Source: Chiloscyllium plagiosum
Lineage: Eukaryota
NCBI RefSeq assembly: GCF_004010195.1
Contig: NC_057750.1
Coordinates: forward strand, 15,527,335-15,591,334
Reading direction: 5' to 3'
Length of the DNA stretch: 64,000 bases
Shown here: piece by piece, positions 50,926-63,900 of the stretch
How positions within the stretch are numbered: the stretch's first letter is position 1
How the letters are laid out: each line of letters opens with the position of its first letter
Made by a program: the position numbers and the translations under genes
Notes under the pieces: generated by a model
Databases searched by the model: none
Told to the model about the DNA's origin: nothing
What the model saw: only the letters and a program-made list of their open reading frames with translations

Positions 50926-51133
50926 AAATGTGTTGCTGGAACAGCGCAGCAGGTCAGGCAGCATCCAGGGAACAGGAGAATCGATGTTTCGGGCATAAGC
51001 CCTTCAGGAATCCTGAAGAAGGGCTTATGCCCGTAACGTCGATTCTCCGTTCCCTGGATGCTGCCTGACCTGCGCTGTTCCAGCAACACATTTTCAGCTC
51101 TGATCTCCAGCATCTGCAGTCCTCACTTTCTCC
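50926..51133 (+). mobile_element. Palindromic family-B Penelope-derived insert
   Basis: Near-perfect inverted arms; 16-bp TSD TCTGTTTCTGTGCTGA (50910-50925, 51134-51149); core GGAATC-CTGAAGA-A-GGGC-TTAT-GCCC-GTAA-CGTC-GATTCT (GAAA mutated). Confidence 0.9.
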
Positions 51134-51399
51134 TCTGTTTCTGTGCTGACCATTTGACTTGCTACTTTTCTCTACTCTAGCAGTCTCCTATTGATCTCCT
51201 TCCTCACTATCTCCATAGGTCCCACTCCCTCACCTTACTAGTTTAAATCCTTCTGAGCAGCTCTCCCTACCAGTATATTAGTCCTCTTCCAATTCAAGTG
51301 CAGTCCATCCTTGTACAGGTCACTTCTACCTGAGAAGAGATTCCAATGATCCAAAACTGTGAATCCTTCTACATACACCAGCTGTTCAGTCTCACATAT

Positions 51400-53230
51400 T
51401 GAAAAATGTCCCCTAGAACCCTGCGAAGCTAAGGAAGTGATTGCTGGACCCCTTGAGAGTTTTGTATCATCAATGGTCACCGGTGAGTTGCCAAAAGACT
51501 GGAGGTTGGCTAACGTGGTACTATTATTTAAGAAAGGTGATAAGGACAAGCCAGGGAACTATAGACGAGTCGAGCCTGACGTCAGTGGTGGGCAAGTTGT
51601 TGGAGGGAGTCCTGAGGGATAGGATTTACAGGTGTTTGGAAAGGCAGGGACTGATTAGGGATAATCAACATGGCTTTGTGCATGGGAAATTATGTCTCCA
51701 ATTAGTTTTTTGAAGAAGTAATGGAGAGGATTGAGGGCAGAGTGGTGGACATGATCTAAATGGACTTCAGTAAGGCATTTGACAAGGTTCCCCATGGGAG
51801 ATTGGTTAGATCTCATGGAATATAGGGAGAGTTAGTCATTTGGATACAGAACTGGCTAGAAAGAAGAGGATGTGGTGGTGGAGGGTTGTTGTTCAGATTT
51901 TGGAGGCCTGTGACCAGTGGAGTGCACAAGGATTGGTGCTGGGTCCATTACTTTTTGTGATTTTAATGTAGGTGATTTGCATATGAACATATAGTTAGTA
52001 AGTTTGCAGATGACACCAAAATTGGAGATGTAGTGGACAGTGAAGAAGGTTACCTCCGGTTACAACAGGATCTTAATCAGATGGGCCAATGGCCTGAGAT
52101 ATGGCAGATGGAGTTTAATTTGGATAAATGCGAGGTGCTGCATTTTGGAAAAGCAAATCTTAGCAGGACTTATACACTTAATTAAATTTTTTTCCCTCCA
52201 GTGTGGAAACAGGCCCTCCAGCCCAACCACTCCACACCGACCCTCTGAACAGTAACCCACCCAGACCCATTTCCCTCTGACTAATAAACCTAGCACTGGG
52301 CAATTTAGCATGGCCACTTCACCTGACCTGCACATCTTTAGGTTGTGGGAGGAAACTGGAGCACCTGGAGGAAACCCACGCAGACACTGGGGGGGGGCGG
52401 GGGCGGGGGGGTGTGGGAGAGAGGAATGTGCAAACTCCACACAGTCACTTGAGGGTGGAATTGAACCTGGGACCCTGGTGCTGTGAGGCAGCAGTGCTAA
52501 CCACTGAGCCACCATGCTGCCTTGGTTGCTGAACACCGAGACCTTGGAGTGCAGGTTCATAGCTCCTTTGAAAGTGGAGTCACAGGTAGTTGGATAGTGA
52601 AGAAAGCATTTGGTATGCTTTCCTTTATTGGTCAGAGTGCAGGAGTTGGTAGGTCATGTTGCAGCCGAACAGAATGTTGGTTTGGCCACTTTTGGAATAT
52701 TGCAAGCAGTTTTGGTCTCCATCCTATCGGAAGGATGTTGTGAAACTTGAAAGGGTTCAGAAAAGATTTGTAAGGAAGCTGTTAGGGTTGGAGGATTTGA
52801 GCTATATGGAGAGGCTGAATAGGCTGGGGCTGTTTTCCCAGGAGCGTCAGATGCAGAGGGGTGACCTAATATAGAGGTTTATAAAATCATGAGGGGCATG
52901 GATAGGGTGAATAGACAAGGTCTTTTCCCTGGGGTGGGAGAGTACAGAACTAGAGGGCATAGGTTTAGGTCGCGTTTATATCTTTCCCCTCTCACCCTAA
53001 GGGGCAACATTTTCACGCAGAGGGTGGTATGTGTGTGGAATGGACTGCCAGAGGAAGTGATGGAGATTAGTACAATTACAGCATTTAAAAGGCATTTTGG
53101 ATAGGTATATGAATAGGAAGGATTCGGAGGAATATGGGCTGGGTGCTGGTGAGTGGGACTAGATTAGGTTGGGATATCTGGTTGGTATGGATAAGTTGGA
53201 CTGAAGGGTCTGTTTCCATGCTGTACATCT
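51400..53230 (+). mobile_element. CR1 RT to 3' end, with a nested minus-strand SINE (52197-52521); minus-strand ORF1 piece at ~51150-51395
   Basis: PKDWRLANVVLLFKKGDKDKPGNYR, KFADDTK, LLEYCKQFWSP, FTQRVVCVWNGLP. Confidence 0.9.
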
Positions 53231-53685
53231 GAAGAAGGCTGGAGAGTGGGACTAGCTGGGTATCTCTCTCCTTTTTCGGAAGCCATACGGACATGGGTTG
53301 AATTTATCATCTTTACTGTGAAAATCCGATTTCTAACTTTTACTCCAACATTTAGTAGCTGAGCCTAAAGGTTAATCTCCAGGAAGTGGCTCCTTTTTAT
53401 TTTCCCTGAAATGTTCTGTCTGCTGTCTTCCCCTCAACCCCCATAGTCCCATCCTTTTAAAAGTACTGTGTCCTTGCTTTTCTACCACCCTCTTGAATGA
53501 TGTAGTGTCTTGTCCAGTTATTTCAAAATGTTTCTCAGGTGGTTTACTACATTCAGGCTTCACATGCAAGTCGTTTTGGTTTGTATGAGCTATTTTTGGT
53601 GTGATAGTCTAAGTTTTGATTCCAAACTGTTTGGAGAAATGTTTGTTTGTTTATACCTGATCTTTTCTTTTTTTTTGTTTTACAG

Positions 53686-53828
53686 TTAGCAGTAGTATGC
53701 TGCGAGGTACCTCCATTCAAGAAGCTGCCCTCATTCAGCAATGGATTAACTTTGCTGAAAGTGAACTCATCCCTCCAACTGCAACTTGGCTTTTTCCAAC
53801 TTCAGGTACCAGGAAATTAAACAAGCAG
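53686..53828 (+). CDS. EEF1G-like exon, equivalent to EEF1G exon 4
   Basis: Long pyrimidine tract then tacag|TTAGC...AAGCAG|gtaaat; 143 nt, phase 1 to 0; (V)SSSMLRGTSIQEAALIQQWINFAESELIPPTATWLFPTSGTRKLNKQ; in frame with 31291-31354. Confidence 0.92.
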
Positions 53829-55179
53829 GTAAATTTCCTAATTGGTAAAAAGGCTTTAAATATCTGTTCTGATTTGATCAGATTCACCTGCTTGCAGTTT
53901 AGTAAACAAACATCACCTATTCTCGTGGTTTCCAGGCCTGCAGATTTTTGAATACCAAATGTTGACCTCATTCGTGAGGTTAGGAACTCTGTAGCAAGTA
54001 ATTTGCCTTTTACCCAAAGCCTATCCCATCATTTATAAGTCATCAGTCAGGAGTGTGATGGACTGCTCTTCACTTGTCTGGATGAGTACAGCCTCCAACA
54101 ACACTCAAGAAGTTCGACACCATGTAGAACAAATCAGCTCACTTGGTTAGCCCATTATTCATTGTGTTCACTTGCAATCTGCAGGATGCACTGCAATGAC
54201 TCACCAGGGGTCCTTCCAAACCCATGACTGCATCTACCTTTTTGAAGGCCAAGGGCAGCAGGTACATGGTGGAGTTCCTCTCTAAGAAACTCATCATTGT
54301 GACTTGGAAATATATCACCCTTCCTCTGGTGTTTCTGGGTCAGAAATCTAGCATTTTGTCCCTAATGGTATTGTGGGTCAATATTAACAACAGATTTCAG
54401 CAATTCGAGAAGGACCCTTTAGTTTCCTTCTCTTTAACCCAATGTGTGTAACCTAGGAAACTGGCATTGTTGGGACTCCAGAAGAATTTTGGATGTTTTG
54501 AAAGCAATTTGTACCGACTTTCTACCAGTTCTCAGCCGAGGGTGGATGGCTGAGCTCAAGCTTTCCAAGAGAGTCTTAGTTTTAATCTGCTGCATACCTT
54601 CATATACCTGAAATATCAAATCATGCATCTATACTGAATGGGCCTGCTGTACTTCATGTTTCTCTTATTTTGAATATATTTTGGGGCTGTGTTTTGCACT
54701 GATTAGTTGAGCTCCCAGAATAACACACTTTTTTTGCTTGTTAGTTCTTTCTTCCTGCACACCACTACCACCCCCCCCCCCCCCCCCCCCCCAACAAATA
54801 AACACACATGACTCTGGGTGCAGAATACTTCTGGGATTCACACCTGCTAAGAATTGCCTTTTGAAATGCTGACTCCTAAGTGGCAGCCCACCCTTCCTGC
54901 TGTCTGTGGGAATGTGAAACTGTCCACTAAATTAATGTTCAAGGGACAGCTCTGACCTTCAGTGAGCTTCAAACAGTTGTTTAAACGACGACTCTTGCAC
55001 TGCAACAGGAAATGTAATTCTTTCACGTTAAACTTGTCATGAAACTGACTGACTCCTTTCCTTTGACCACTGAAAGCTTTGCTTCTTTTTAAGAAAGCAG
55101 ACTTGACTTAGTACTTTCCTGACTGTGTATTTCATTATTTGAAAACTGGTTTTGTAATCGCTAATGTAGATTTATATCT

Positions 55180-58100
55180 TTTTTAGAGTAGGAATAGACC
55201 ATTCAGCCCATCCATCTTGTCTTCTCATTTTGAGAGATTGTGGCTGACCTTATTTTGCCCTCACTCCACTTTCCTACTTGTCCCATAAGACTTTTTGTAG
55301 ATCAAAAATCTCTCTAACTTGGCCTTGAATGTATTCAATGACCTAATGTTCACTGCTCCCTGGAGGAAGAGAATTTCAGACTATAGACTCTCAAAATACT
55401 ATTATTTTGAAACCATTCTAGATTTTTCTTTTTCCCTCTGCACTTACTCCACCAAGCAACCTCTGAATTTGGTCTTTCAATAAGATCACCTCTCATTCTC
55501 TTTAAACTTCAAGCTCCTCGTTGTAGTAGTCAATCACATGGAATTTCACCGCACAGTTCCAATGCAGGTTTATCCTTCCTTAAGACCAAATAGTACTCTG
55601 GATGGGGTTCACCCAGCTCCTGAACAGCTGTGGCATGACTTGCCTACTCTAATACTGCAGTCTCTTTGTAATTAAGGCTAGCATTCTGTTTGTTTGCTTT
55701 CCATTTTTATTTACTGTACCTGCATGTTGACTTCTGTATATAAAGTCCCCCAGCTGCTGGTATTTTGCAGCTTCTCTCCAGTTTATATTTTTCAGTTTGT
55801 CCAACCAAAGCTCACCTTTTTTTCACATTATCTTTTTGTTTTTCCAAGCTTTTGCCCATTCGATTAACCTGTCTTGGATCAATGGCAGTGCGATGGAAGA
55901 AGGCAGTGTGGGGATAAAGAGGTACTTTTTAGAATGGCAGTTAGTGACTAATGGATTTCCACAGGGGTCAGTGTTAGGACCATAACTATTCACATCACAC
56001 ATTAATGATCTGGATGAAGAACATAAGGGCATTGATGCTAAGTTTGCAGATGCTAAGGTGGAGGGACAGGAAGGCTGTAGGCGGATTTGGGCAGGCTAGG
56101 AAAGTGAGCAAAGAAATAGCAGAATATGATGTGGGCTGTGATTAGGCTGTGCATGAGGGAAGAATCAAGGTACAGACAATTTTTAAAATGGGGAAAGGCT
56201 TTGGAAATCTGAAGCACGAAAGGATTCTGTTAAAGTTATTGTGAACATTCAGTTGGCAGTTCAGAAGGCAAATGTAACATTCATTTCAAGAGAACTAGCA
56301 ATCAAGAGCAGAGGTGCACTGAAGCTGTATAAGGCTCTGGTCAGACTGCATTTGGAATATTGCAAGCAGTTTTGGGCCCTCTCTTTAAGAAAGGAATGTA
56401 CTGGTGTTGGAGGGGTTCCAGATGAAGTTTACAAGAATGAACCTATGAATGAAAGGGGTGTCATGAACGATGGTTGAGGTTTGTCGGTCTGTATTTGGAG
56501 CTTAGAAGGATGAGGGATGATCTGATTTAAAGTTTACAGAATACCAAGAAGCGTGGGCACAGCAGATGTGGAGAAGATGTTTCCAGTAGTAGGAGAGACA
56601 ATGACCCAAGCCTCTGAAGGGATGACCCTTTTAGAACTGAGATGAGGAATTTCTTCAGCCAGAGGGTGGTTAATCTGTGGAACTCATTGCTGCAGAGGGC
56701 TGTGGAGGCCAAGTCCTTGAGTGTATTTAAGACAAACTTGCCCTTGATAAGGGGGATCAAAGGTTATCAGGAGAATGGGCTGAGAAATGCAGCAGCCATG
56801 ATCAAATGGCAAAGCAGATTCAATAGGCTGGTCCAATTCTGCTTCTGTATTTTAGGGTTTGATGAACAGACTTTTTTCTTTTTTTAATGTTAATTTGAGG
56901 GATAATATTGGCCAGGCCAGCAGGGATTTCTTCCTTAACTGATGTTTGAAATAGTGCCTGAAGTCATTTGCATTCTCTTGAGCAGGCAGGTTCTTAAAAT
57001 TGGTATCCCTCTCAGTTAGACTGCACTCTGTCTCCATATCCCCTTTTATGGAAGCGAAATTTGCCATCATTTCCCATTCAGCTATATGGGACTTGAGCCA
57101 TACTCTCAATTATAAATATGGGAGTACTTCTGGCTGTGCCACAATGGGAATGATTAATAAATAAATTGACCAATTTTTTTTTTTTTGTTTCAAATGTTGC
57201 TGAAAGCTGGTTATCGTCCCTCTCCCACACACCCTTTTAATTCCTGTGGGACAGTTCCCACTTGTGCACCATGTAGGACAGAACCAAATATTGAATCATC
57301 TTAATAGTCAATCTGTATCTGTCAGCGATGTGCACATTGGAACAGAATCATGAACAGGAGGTGTACTACAGATTAGTGCTAGGTCTCTTTTTTTATTTGA
57401 TATTCATAAATTATACTAACTGGGATACAGGGTGGGGGATAAGTCTGCAGATGACCCCAAGATTCGCTGGGTGGTTTGATTGTGTGGAGAAAGGTGTTAA
57501 GTTACAGGAAGATATAGACTGACTGGTCAGTTGAGCAGGTCACTGACAAATGGAATTTAATCTTTATAAAGTGATGCACTTTGGAAGAAGGAACCAGGTC
57601 AATGAATGTCAGATAGGAGGAAGCTCAGGAACAGAGGAATCTTGGGGTACTTGTCCACAAATACCTGAAGGTGGCAGGCCATTTAGTAAGGTAGTTAAGG
57701 CATGTGGAACATTTTCAGTCATGGTATAAACTATAAGACTAGGGAGGTCTTGTTGGAGCTGTGCAGAACTTTGGCTCGGCTACAGTTGGAATACTGTGTG
57801 TAATTCTGGTTGCTGCACTGTAGGAAAAATGTGATTGCACCCCCTCCAGTGTAGAGGAGATTCACCAGGATGTTTCCTGCGATGGAGCACTTCAGCTGCG
57901 CGGAGAAGCTAAATATGCTCTGTTTTCTTTTAGAGCAGTGAAGGTGGGGGCGGGGGGAACCTGATAAAGGTTTATAAGGTATCAAAGGCATGGATAAGGT
58001 GAATAGAAAACAGCTGACACCATTAGTCAAAAGATTGCTAACAAGGCAATAATTTTAATAAGTAGAAAGGTTAGGGGCTTTGAGAGGGGAAAATGTTCCC

Positions 58101-58280
58101 CTCCAGGGTGTGTTAGGGTTTGGAATGTACTGCCTGGGTGGGTAGTTGAGACAGTCAGCCTAGCAACCTTTTTAATAAAAGTACTTGGATGAACATCTTG
58201 AAGTGACACCTCATTGACAGGTGTGGACCGAACTTGGGAAAGTAGGACTAGTATAGATAGTTGTAAGATGGGCTGAAGTG
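55180..58280. mobile_element. Series of old CR1 fragments (minus ~55180-55870; plus ~55900-56860 and ~57350-58280)
   Basis: [26 protein letters not shown] and RNFFSQRVVNLWNSL motifs. Confidence 0.75.
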
Positions 58281-59418
58281 TGTGCTTGTGTTCACATGTC
58301 AGCCACATTGGGCAAGGACAACACATTTCTTTTTCCAAAAATCATTTGTGAACCAGGTGAGCTTCGTCTATTCTGCCTGACCTGCCGTGCTTTTCCAGCA
58401 TTGTACTAATATCAATATCCCCTTTCAGATCAACATTCCAGTATTGAGGCAATCATCAGACACTTTTGTGATGGGCATGAAGCCTATACATCATCCTCAC
58501 ACAGTTGTGTTCAGGGCTACAGAGTCTCTCAAACAGTAATGTTATAGAAATGTGACAACATAGTGCATTGTCACCTTTTTTTTCTGAACCAGTGGCAATT
58601 CAAAATTAGCCATAAAGCAAGCAGCTATCTGCTCTCCTGTGATTTACAGGAAGCCTTTTTGTAAAATTCTCCCAAATCCACAGTGAACTTTCAACTGCCT
58701 ATTTCTTAAAAAAAAAACTACCAGCATTTCAATAAAATAAATTAACTTTTTTCACCAATCTTTCAAACTTATTCCTTCAAGCAACTTCACATTTTAAGTG
58801 TTTTCATACAAATGTTTGTTTGAAATTCAAACTTGGCACTACTTCTCAGTTAGTACCTGTCCCCTTTTTTTAATTTTAATGACATCCTCAAAACTGATAT
58901 AGGTTTTTATCCTAAGAGCCACTTTTCTCCTCAATATGTTGACAGTGCAATTTTGGCATAAGCACACTGTTTTGATTTTGTTGAGCTGGTCTCGGCAGGC
59001 CTATACTGAAATGTTATGAGAGAATTGTTGGTTCTGTTTTCGCTGCCCGGGATTGGTCACACCAGAGACTTAAATATTCTTCATGGCTTCCTTGCTTTTA
59101 TACTTTGCCTCTTTTATAACCTTTTTTAAACTGCCTTGCTGCCTTCAATAATGCATGAGCACATAGTTACTATCTTGGTTCCTAGTCTCTCACCCACATT
59201 AGAATTATTTCCTTATTTTCTTGCTTCCTTTTGCTCTTCCTGTTAAAATGTTTAACTTTTGTCAAACTCCTCTGCATAAAATTACATTGTCTCAACATTT
59301 TCTCAGTTGATCATTGGACTTTTGCAGTCTACCATTAACCTCTGCAATTCAGAAACAGAGGTTGTGTCCCATACATGGAAGGCTGAGTAATGTATCAACA
59401 TGTAATCTTATTCTGCAG

Positions 59419-59562
59419 GTTGTCGAGCATGCTAAAACAGACATAAAGAAGGCATTGCTTTTGCTGAATGATCACCTCCATAACCGGACGTATCTGGTTG
59501 GTGAGCACATCACGCTAGCTGATATCACATTGGTGTGTGCAATGCTGGGACTTTATAAACAA
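59419..59562 (+). CDS. EEF1G-like exon, equivalent to EEF1G exon 5 (GST C-domain)
   Basis: ttctgcag|GTTGTC...AAACAA|gtaagg; 144 nt, phase 0 to 0; [48 protein letters not shown] with the GST N-capping box TLAD. Confidence 0.92.
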
Positions 59563-59899
59563 GTAAGGAATGGTTTGCTATCTACTAACATGATCTTAAA
59601 TTCCCTCCTGCCAACTGTTTTATAATTGCATTCATTGAAGTATATAGGAGACCCTCCAGGGCATCTTCCATATGTTCCACTATGTTAATGGGGGAATTGC
59701 GTCTAAGTTGCTTAATGTTGCATTTGTTAATTCAGTTTACCTAATTTATGTTCTCTAGTCATTTTGGGATACTTTGAGTTAACTAAACTGAAAATAGGAT
59801 TTCTCTAAACTTCCTTTGTTTGAACCTCTCCCTTATTGTATATGTTACCTTGCAACCACTTTCTCCCATTTAGCACTGTGACATTGCAGACTGCAAGCA

Positions 59900-60940
59900 G
59901 ATGTAGCAGTTAAAGATTGGGCATCCATGAGGCAATGTGGGCCATCACCAGCAACAGAATTGAACCCCACCAGAATTGTAACCTCATAGCTTGCCATATC
60001 TCCTGTTCAACTACTACCATTTAAGCCAAGAGATCAACAACCTTGTTCAATGGAGAGTGCAGGAGGGCATGCCAGGAACAGTGCCAAGCATACCTAAAAA
60101 TATCAGTCAGTTGAAGCTACCAAACCAGACTACTTGCCTGCCAAACAGCATAAGCAGCAAGCGATAGACAGAGCCAAATGATTCCGTAACCAACAGATCA
60201 GATCTAAACTCTAGTCCTGCCGCATCAAGTCGTGAATGGCGGTGGACAATTAAACAGCCCACTGGAGGAGAAGGCTCCACCAATATCCCTGTCCTCCATG
60301 AGGGAAGAGCCCAGCACATCAGTACCAAAGATGAAGTTGAAACAATCGCCACATCCAAGAGGATGATCCATCTAGGCTGCCTCCAGTGGTCTCCAGCATT
60401 ATAGATACCAGTCTTCAGTCAATTCAATTCACAGATCAAGAAACAGTTGAAGACACTGGATAGCAATGACTATGGGCTTGGACAATATTTCGGCAATAGT
60501 ACTGTGGATTTGTGCTCCAGAACGTGTTCAGCAATAGCTTCCTCAGTGATTCCTGGTTTGGGTTCTCCAGCTCCTGACCTAACTTCACCCTTGAGTCAAA
60601 TGTGGATGAAAGAGCTCAATTTCAGAGGTGAGGTGACTGTCTGACAGTCCTTGATATCGAGGGTGCTTTCGACCAAGTGTGGCAGCAAGGTGCCCTAGCA
60701 AGACTGGCATCATGGGCATTGGGGACATTCTCTGGTGGTTAGTCATATCTGACACAGGAAGATGGTTGTGGTTGATGGAGGTCAGTTATCTATGCTCCAG
60801 GTCAACCCTGAGTTCATCAGGGTAGTGTCCTAAGCCAAATTATCTTCAACTTCATCAAAATCTTCTCTTGTCATTAAGGTCAGAAATAGGGATGTTTGCC
60901 AATGTTCAGCACCATTTGTGACGACTCAAATGCCTCTGAA
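59900..60940 (+). mobile_element. CR1/L2-group LINE family B fragment
   Basis: Colinear with 15020-16080 (ttcaatggagagtgcaggagggcat..., WMKELNFRGEVTV, cagggtagtgtccta). Confidence 0.85.
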
Positions 60941-63900
60941 AAAGGAAACTGCTGATTCGACAAGGAGTTATCGGTTTTGCTGTATTGAGATGATTTACCT
61001 ACAAGTGGTGGAAACAACACTTTTTTTTTTTGGCAATAGTAGCTAGAAAGTGCTTCTAGGTTCTCTTCCCAAGTGCAAGATGGTTGTTGGATGTCAGACC
61101 TGACTACATTTTTAATAACCAAAATATTCCAGCTCAAATGGTGGCAGAAGTGGACAGTGGGGTAACCTTTTTTCAGAGCTGTACTATAGACTGGAGCCAA
61201 GTTGTAATGTTGGAAGGTAATTGTTTGGAGATGCCATAGCAATGTTTGTTTGCTGTCCAACTCTACCTTGATTGTAAATCATGGCTGACACTTTCCCAAC
61301 TATCCTAACTTTAACTCTCAAATCCTGGTGTCTGCTTTTACTGAGGGTGTGAGAAGTGGCTTTAGGAGTGTTGTGCTGTCCTATCCTTGAATGCTGTCAT
61401 TTAATAACTCCTCTTCATTCAATCACTTTCCAGTCCATTTTCTATGTGCTGACTATGCAGGAATCTTTACTTCTCACACTTTTTCCCCTTGATGTAGTAC
61501 AGTGGATTCCCCACCCTAGTGTCTCTACTGTTGAGCAATGGACTGTATTCATGACATTTGTGGGTGACTATCAAAGATCAGTTGACCTTGCATTTCCCAG
61601 CCCAATCTTAGAATAATTAGGAATGTCTGATTTGCTCCCAGTGTATCTTTTTTGATATTCCAATTCCTCCTTTTTTTGATGCCAGATCTTGCCTATTCCA
61701 CAAGTTGTGCCATGCAGAAGTGTCTTTGGCACCTCTAGAACTAATCTTGATTTTGATCAAATCCTCAAAGTGCTTTGGGATATTAGGAAAACTGACTCCG
61801 ATGCATTGATTCCTCTTTTAGACATATTGAAGATTTCCTTTGTCACATTCTAGGAATGCAAATTTTGAATTTCCCACCTGCCTAAGTGCAAAGCTCCCTA
61901 GTTTCTAACTTATACAGAAACTCATGGGTACAAATAGGGTCTTCTCTATTTGGATTCTATGCTGGTGCACCAAAGTTATGCCTAAATTCTTTTTTGTATT
62001 GAATTCAAATGGAATCTATTTGAAGTGTAGGTGTCAATTTTTACTACTTTTTAAATCCAGATTTTGATTTTTAGCTGTTTCAGATGCCAAGTTGATTTTT
62101 AAAGCAACATTCCATCCAGTCTTTCCTACGGAAGATGTCCTATACATAACCTTTTAGTTCCTCCTTTTAACCAGAAAGGGAACTCTAGACTATCCCAGTA
62201 TTAAATAGCTGAATGCACATTTAGCTACTCCAGAGTTTATCACTTGTCAAAACACTGCGCAGTATTACAGTCTGAAACTATTATCTTTCTCCACTGGTTT
62301 GACAAGTTGAATATTTATTGGTGTTGAGCTCCACTGTAAGCTTTTCTTTTCAAGCCAGCTCTAGAGTTTTAAATATTTATGTATTTGATTTACCTCACTT
62401 TGTCAGAATTGTTTCCTCCCAGGTTTGTGTGAAGTCCTATAATCTTGTTGTGGAGAAGTGGTGTGTACTTTTTGTTTTTGTTTTCTTTAAATTCTGTGGT
62501 ATACAGTGAAGGAGCCGTAATATGCTGGGAAATTGCTTGCAGAGAGTTCCTAGCTGTCGATCAGTACTGCAATTTTGAATGCTTATGGCTTAAAGGTAAG
62601 TGGGGAGAATAGAGGGCAGACCACTGAGGACTACAGTGGTAATAAGCCAGAGGATGTGAGCAACGTTCTAAAATTGTCAGAATTCACTCAAGGAGCAATG
62701 AGTTTAGAAATCTGGGAAGATTGTGGTTATACTTGGAGGACTTAAAATATTCTGAGGAGAAGGAGTGATTTTTGGTAGGAGCTAAGTCCCCAGGGTTGGA
62801 TGAAATTTATTCCAGGCTGTTGAGTGATGCAGGGGAGGAAATGGCAGGGGATCTTGTGTTATGAAGATGTGGGTGTACTTTGAGTTAAACTTAGCCGAAA
62901 TATCGGACACAGCAGTGTTCTCAATAAGGCAACAATGCAACACTTTGTCGAATAACTCGATTAGCTCATTGGCTGAATTTTGAATTTGTTTTTGTTTCCA
63001 GGCAATCTGTTTAAATTATACCCAAAAAAATACCAAACTCCAATCCAGTTTGACAATCTTAAAAGCCAATATACTCCATTTCAATGATACCCTCCCAAAG
63101 CATCGGACTGTATAAGACTGGGGGAAATTGAACAGTTGAGAGAGGAGAACTGGCAAACTCATCATTTTAACAGCCTGAAAATAGTGCTCTTAAAAGTATC
63201 TTTTTGATCAGAACCTGTGACACAAGCATTTCCTAAGAAGAAAATACACAGGAAAATCCGAATAGAAGAATGAAAGCTGCCTGGTTTTGATGAGTGGTTT
63301 TGTAAATCTTGATTGGGAGTTTTATTGGACTAGTATAATAAAAGAGAAGGTATATATGACAAACAGCAAGAAGCCTGAGCACCTTCTGTGACCCTCACAT
63401 GCTGGAGTGGAACTGCAAGTCTGAACTTCTGGCTCAGACAGGGGTGCTACCTACTGCAACATAAAACCTAAGGGCAATGTTTTGAGAGGTTGGTCTTGGT
63501 TGGCTTTGTTTGTGAAGCTTTGACCAGGATTCTTGTTCTCCTGCACTTTGCAACGGAGATCCCCAAATTGCAAATGTTTGGATTCCAAGTTGAAGTTTGA
63601 TAGGCTATTTGACCACAGGGCATCAAAACAATTTGGCTGTATACAATTTAAGCTGCAGAATCAACTACTATTCGGTCCTCTTTTAGCAGTTTGTTTCAAT
63701 GGAATGCATTCAGAAGACATTTCTTGAATCATTCCCATTTTTTTCATAATCCTCATTTGGTCTGTTTGCACTCCATCTCCTGTGCTTTTAGATTGTAAAT
63801 ATTTCCATTCTTTGACTTTTTTTTTCTAACCTGGCCATATCTGTGCCTTCCAAGAGTTAAGACTTGATGCACAGAGTTGGCTATTAATGATACACCTTGA

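Noticed and set aside
62423..62509. Possible next exon after acceptor-like ttcctcccag
   Set aside because: Translation (VCVKSYNL...) resembles neither EEF1G exon 6 nor MTA exon 2.
62855..63480. Possible solo LTR starting tgt
   Set aside because: No matching terminus or TSD could be identified.
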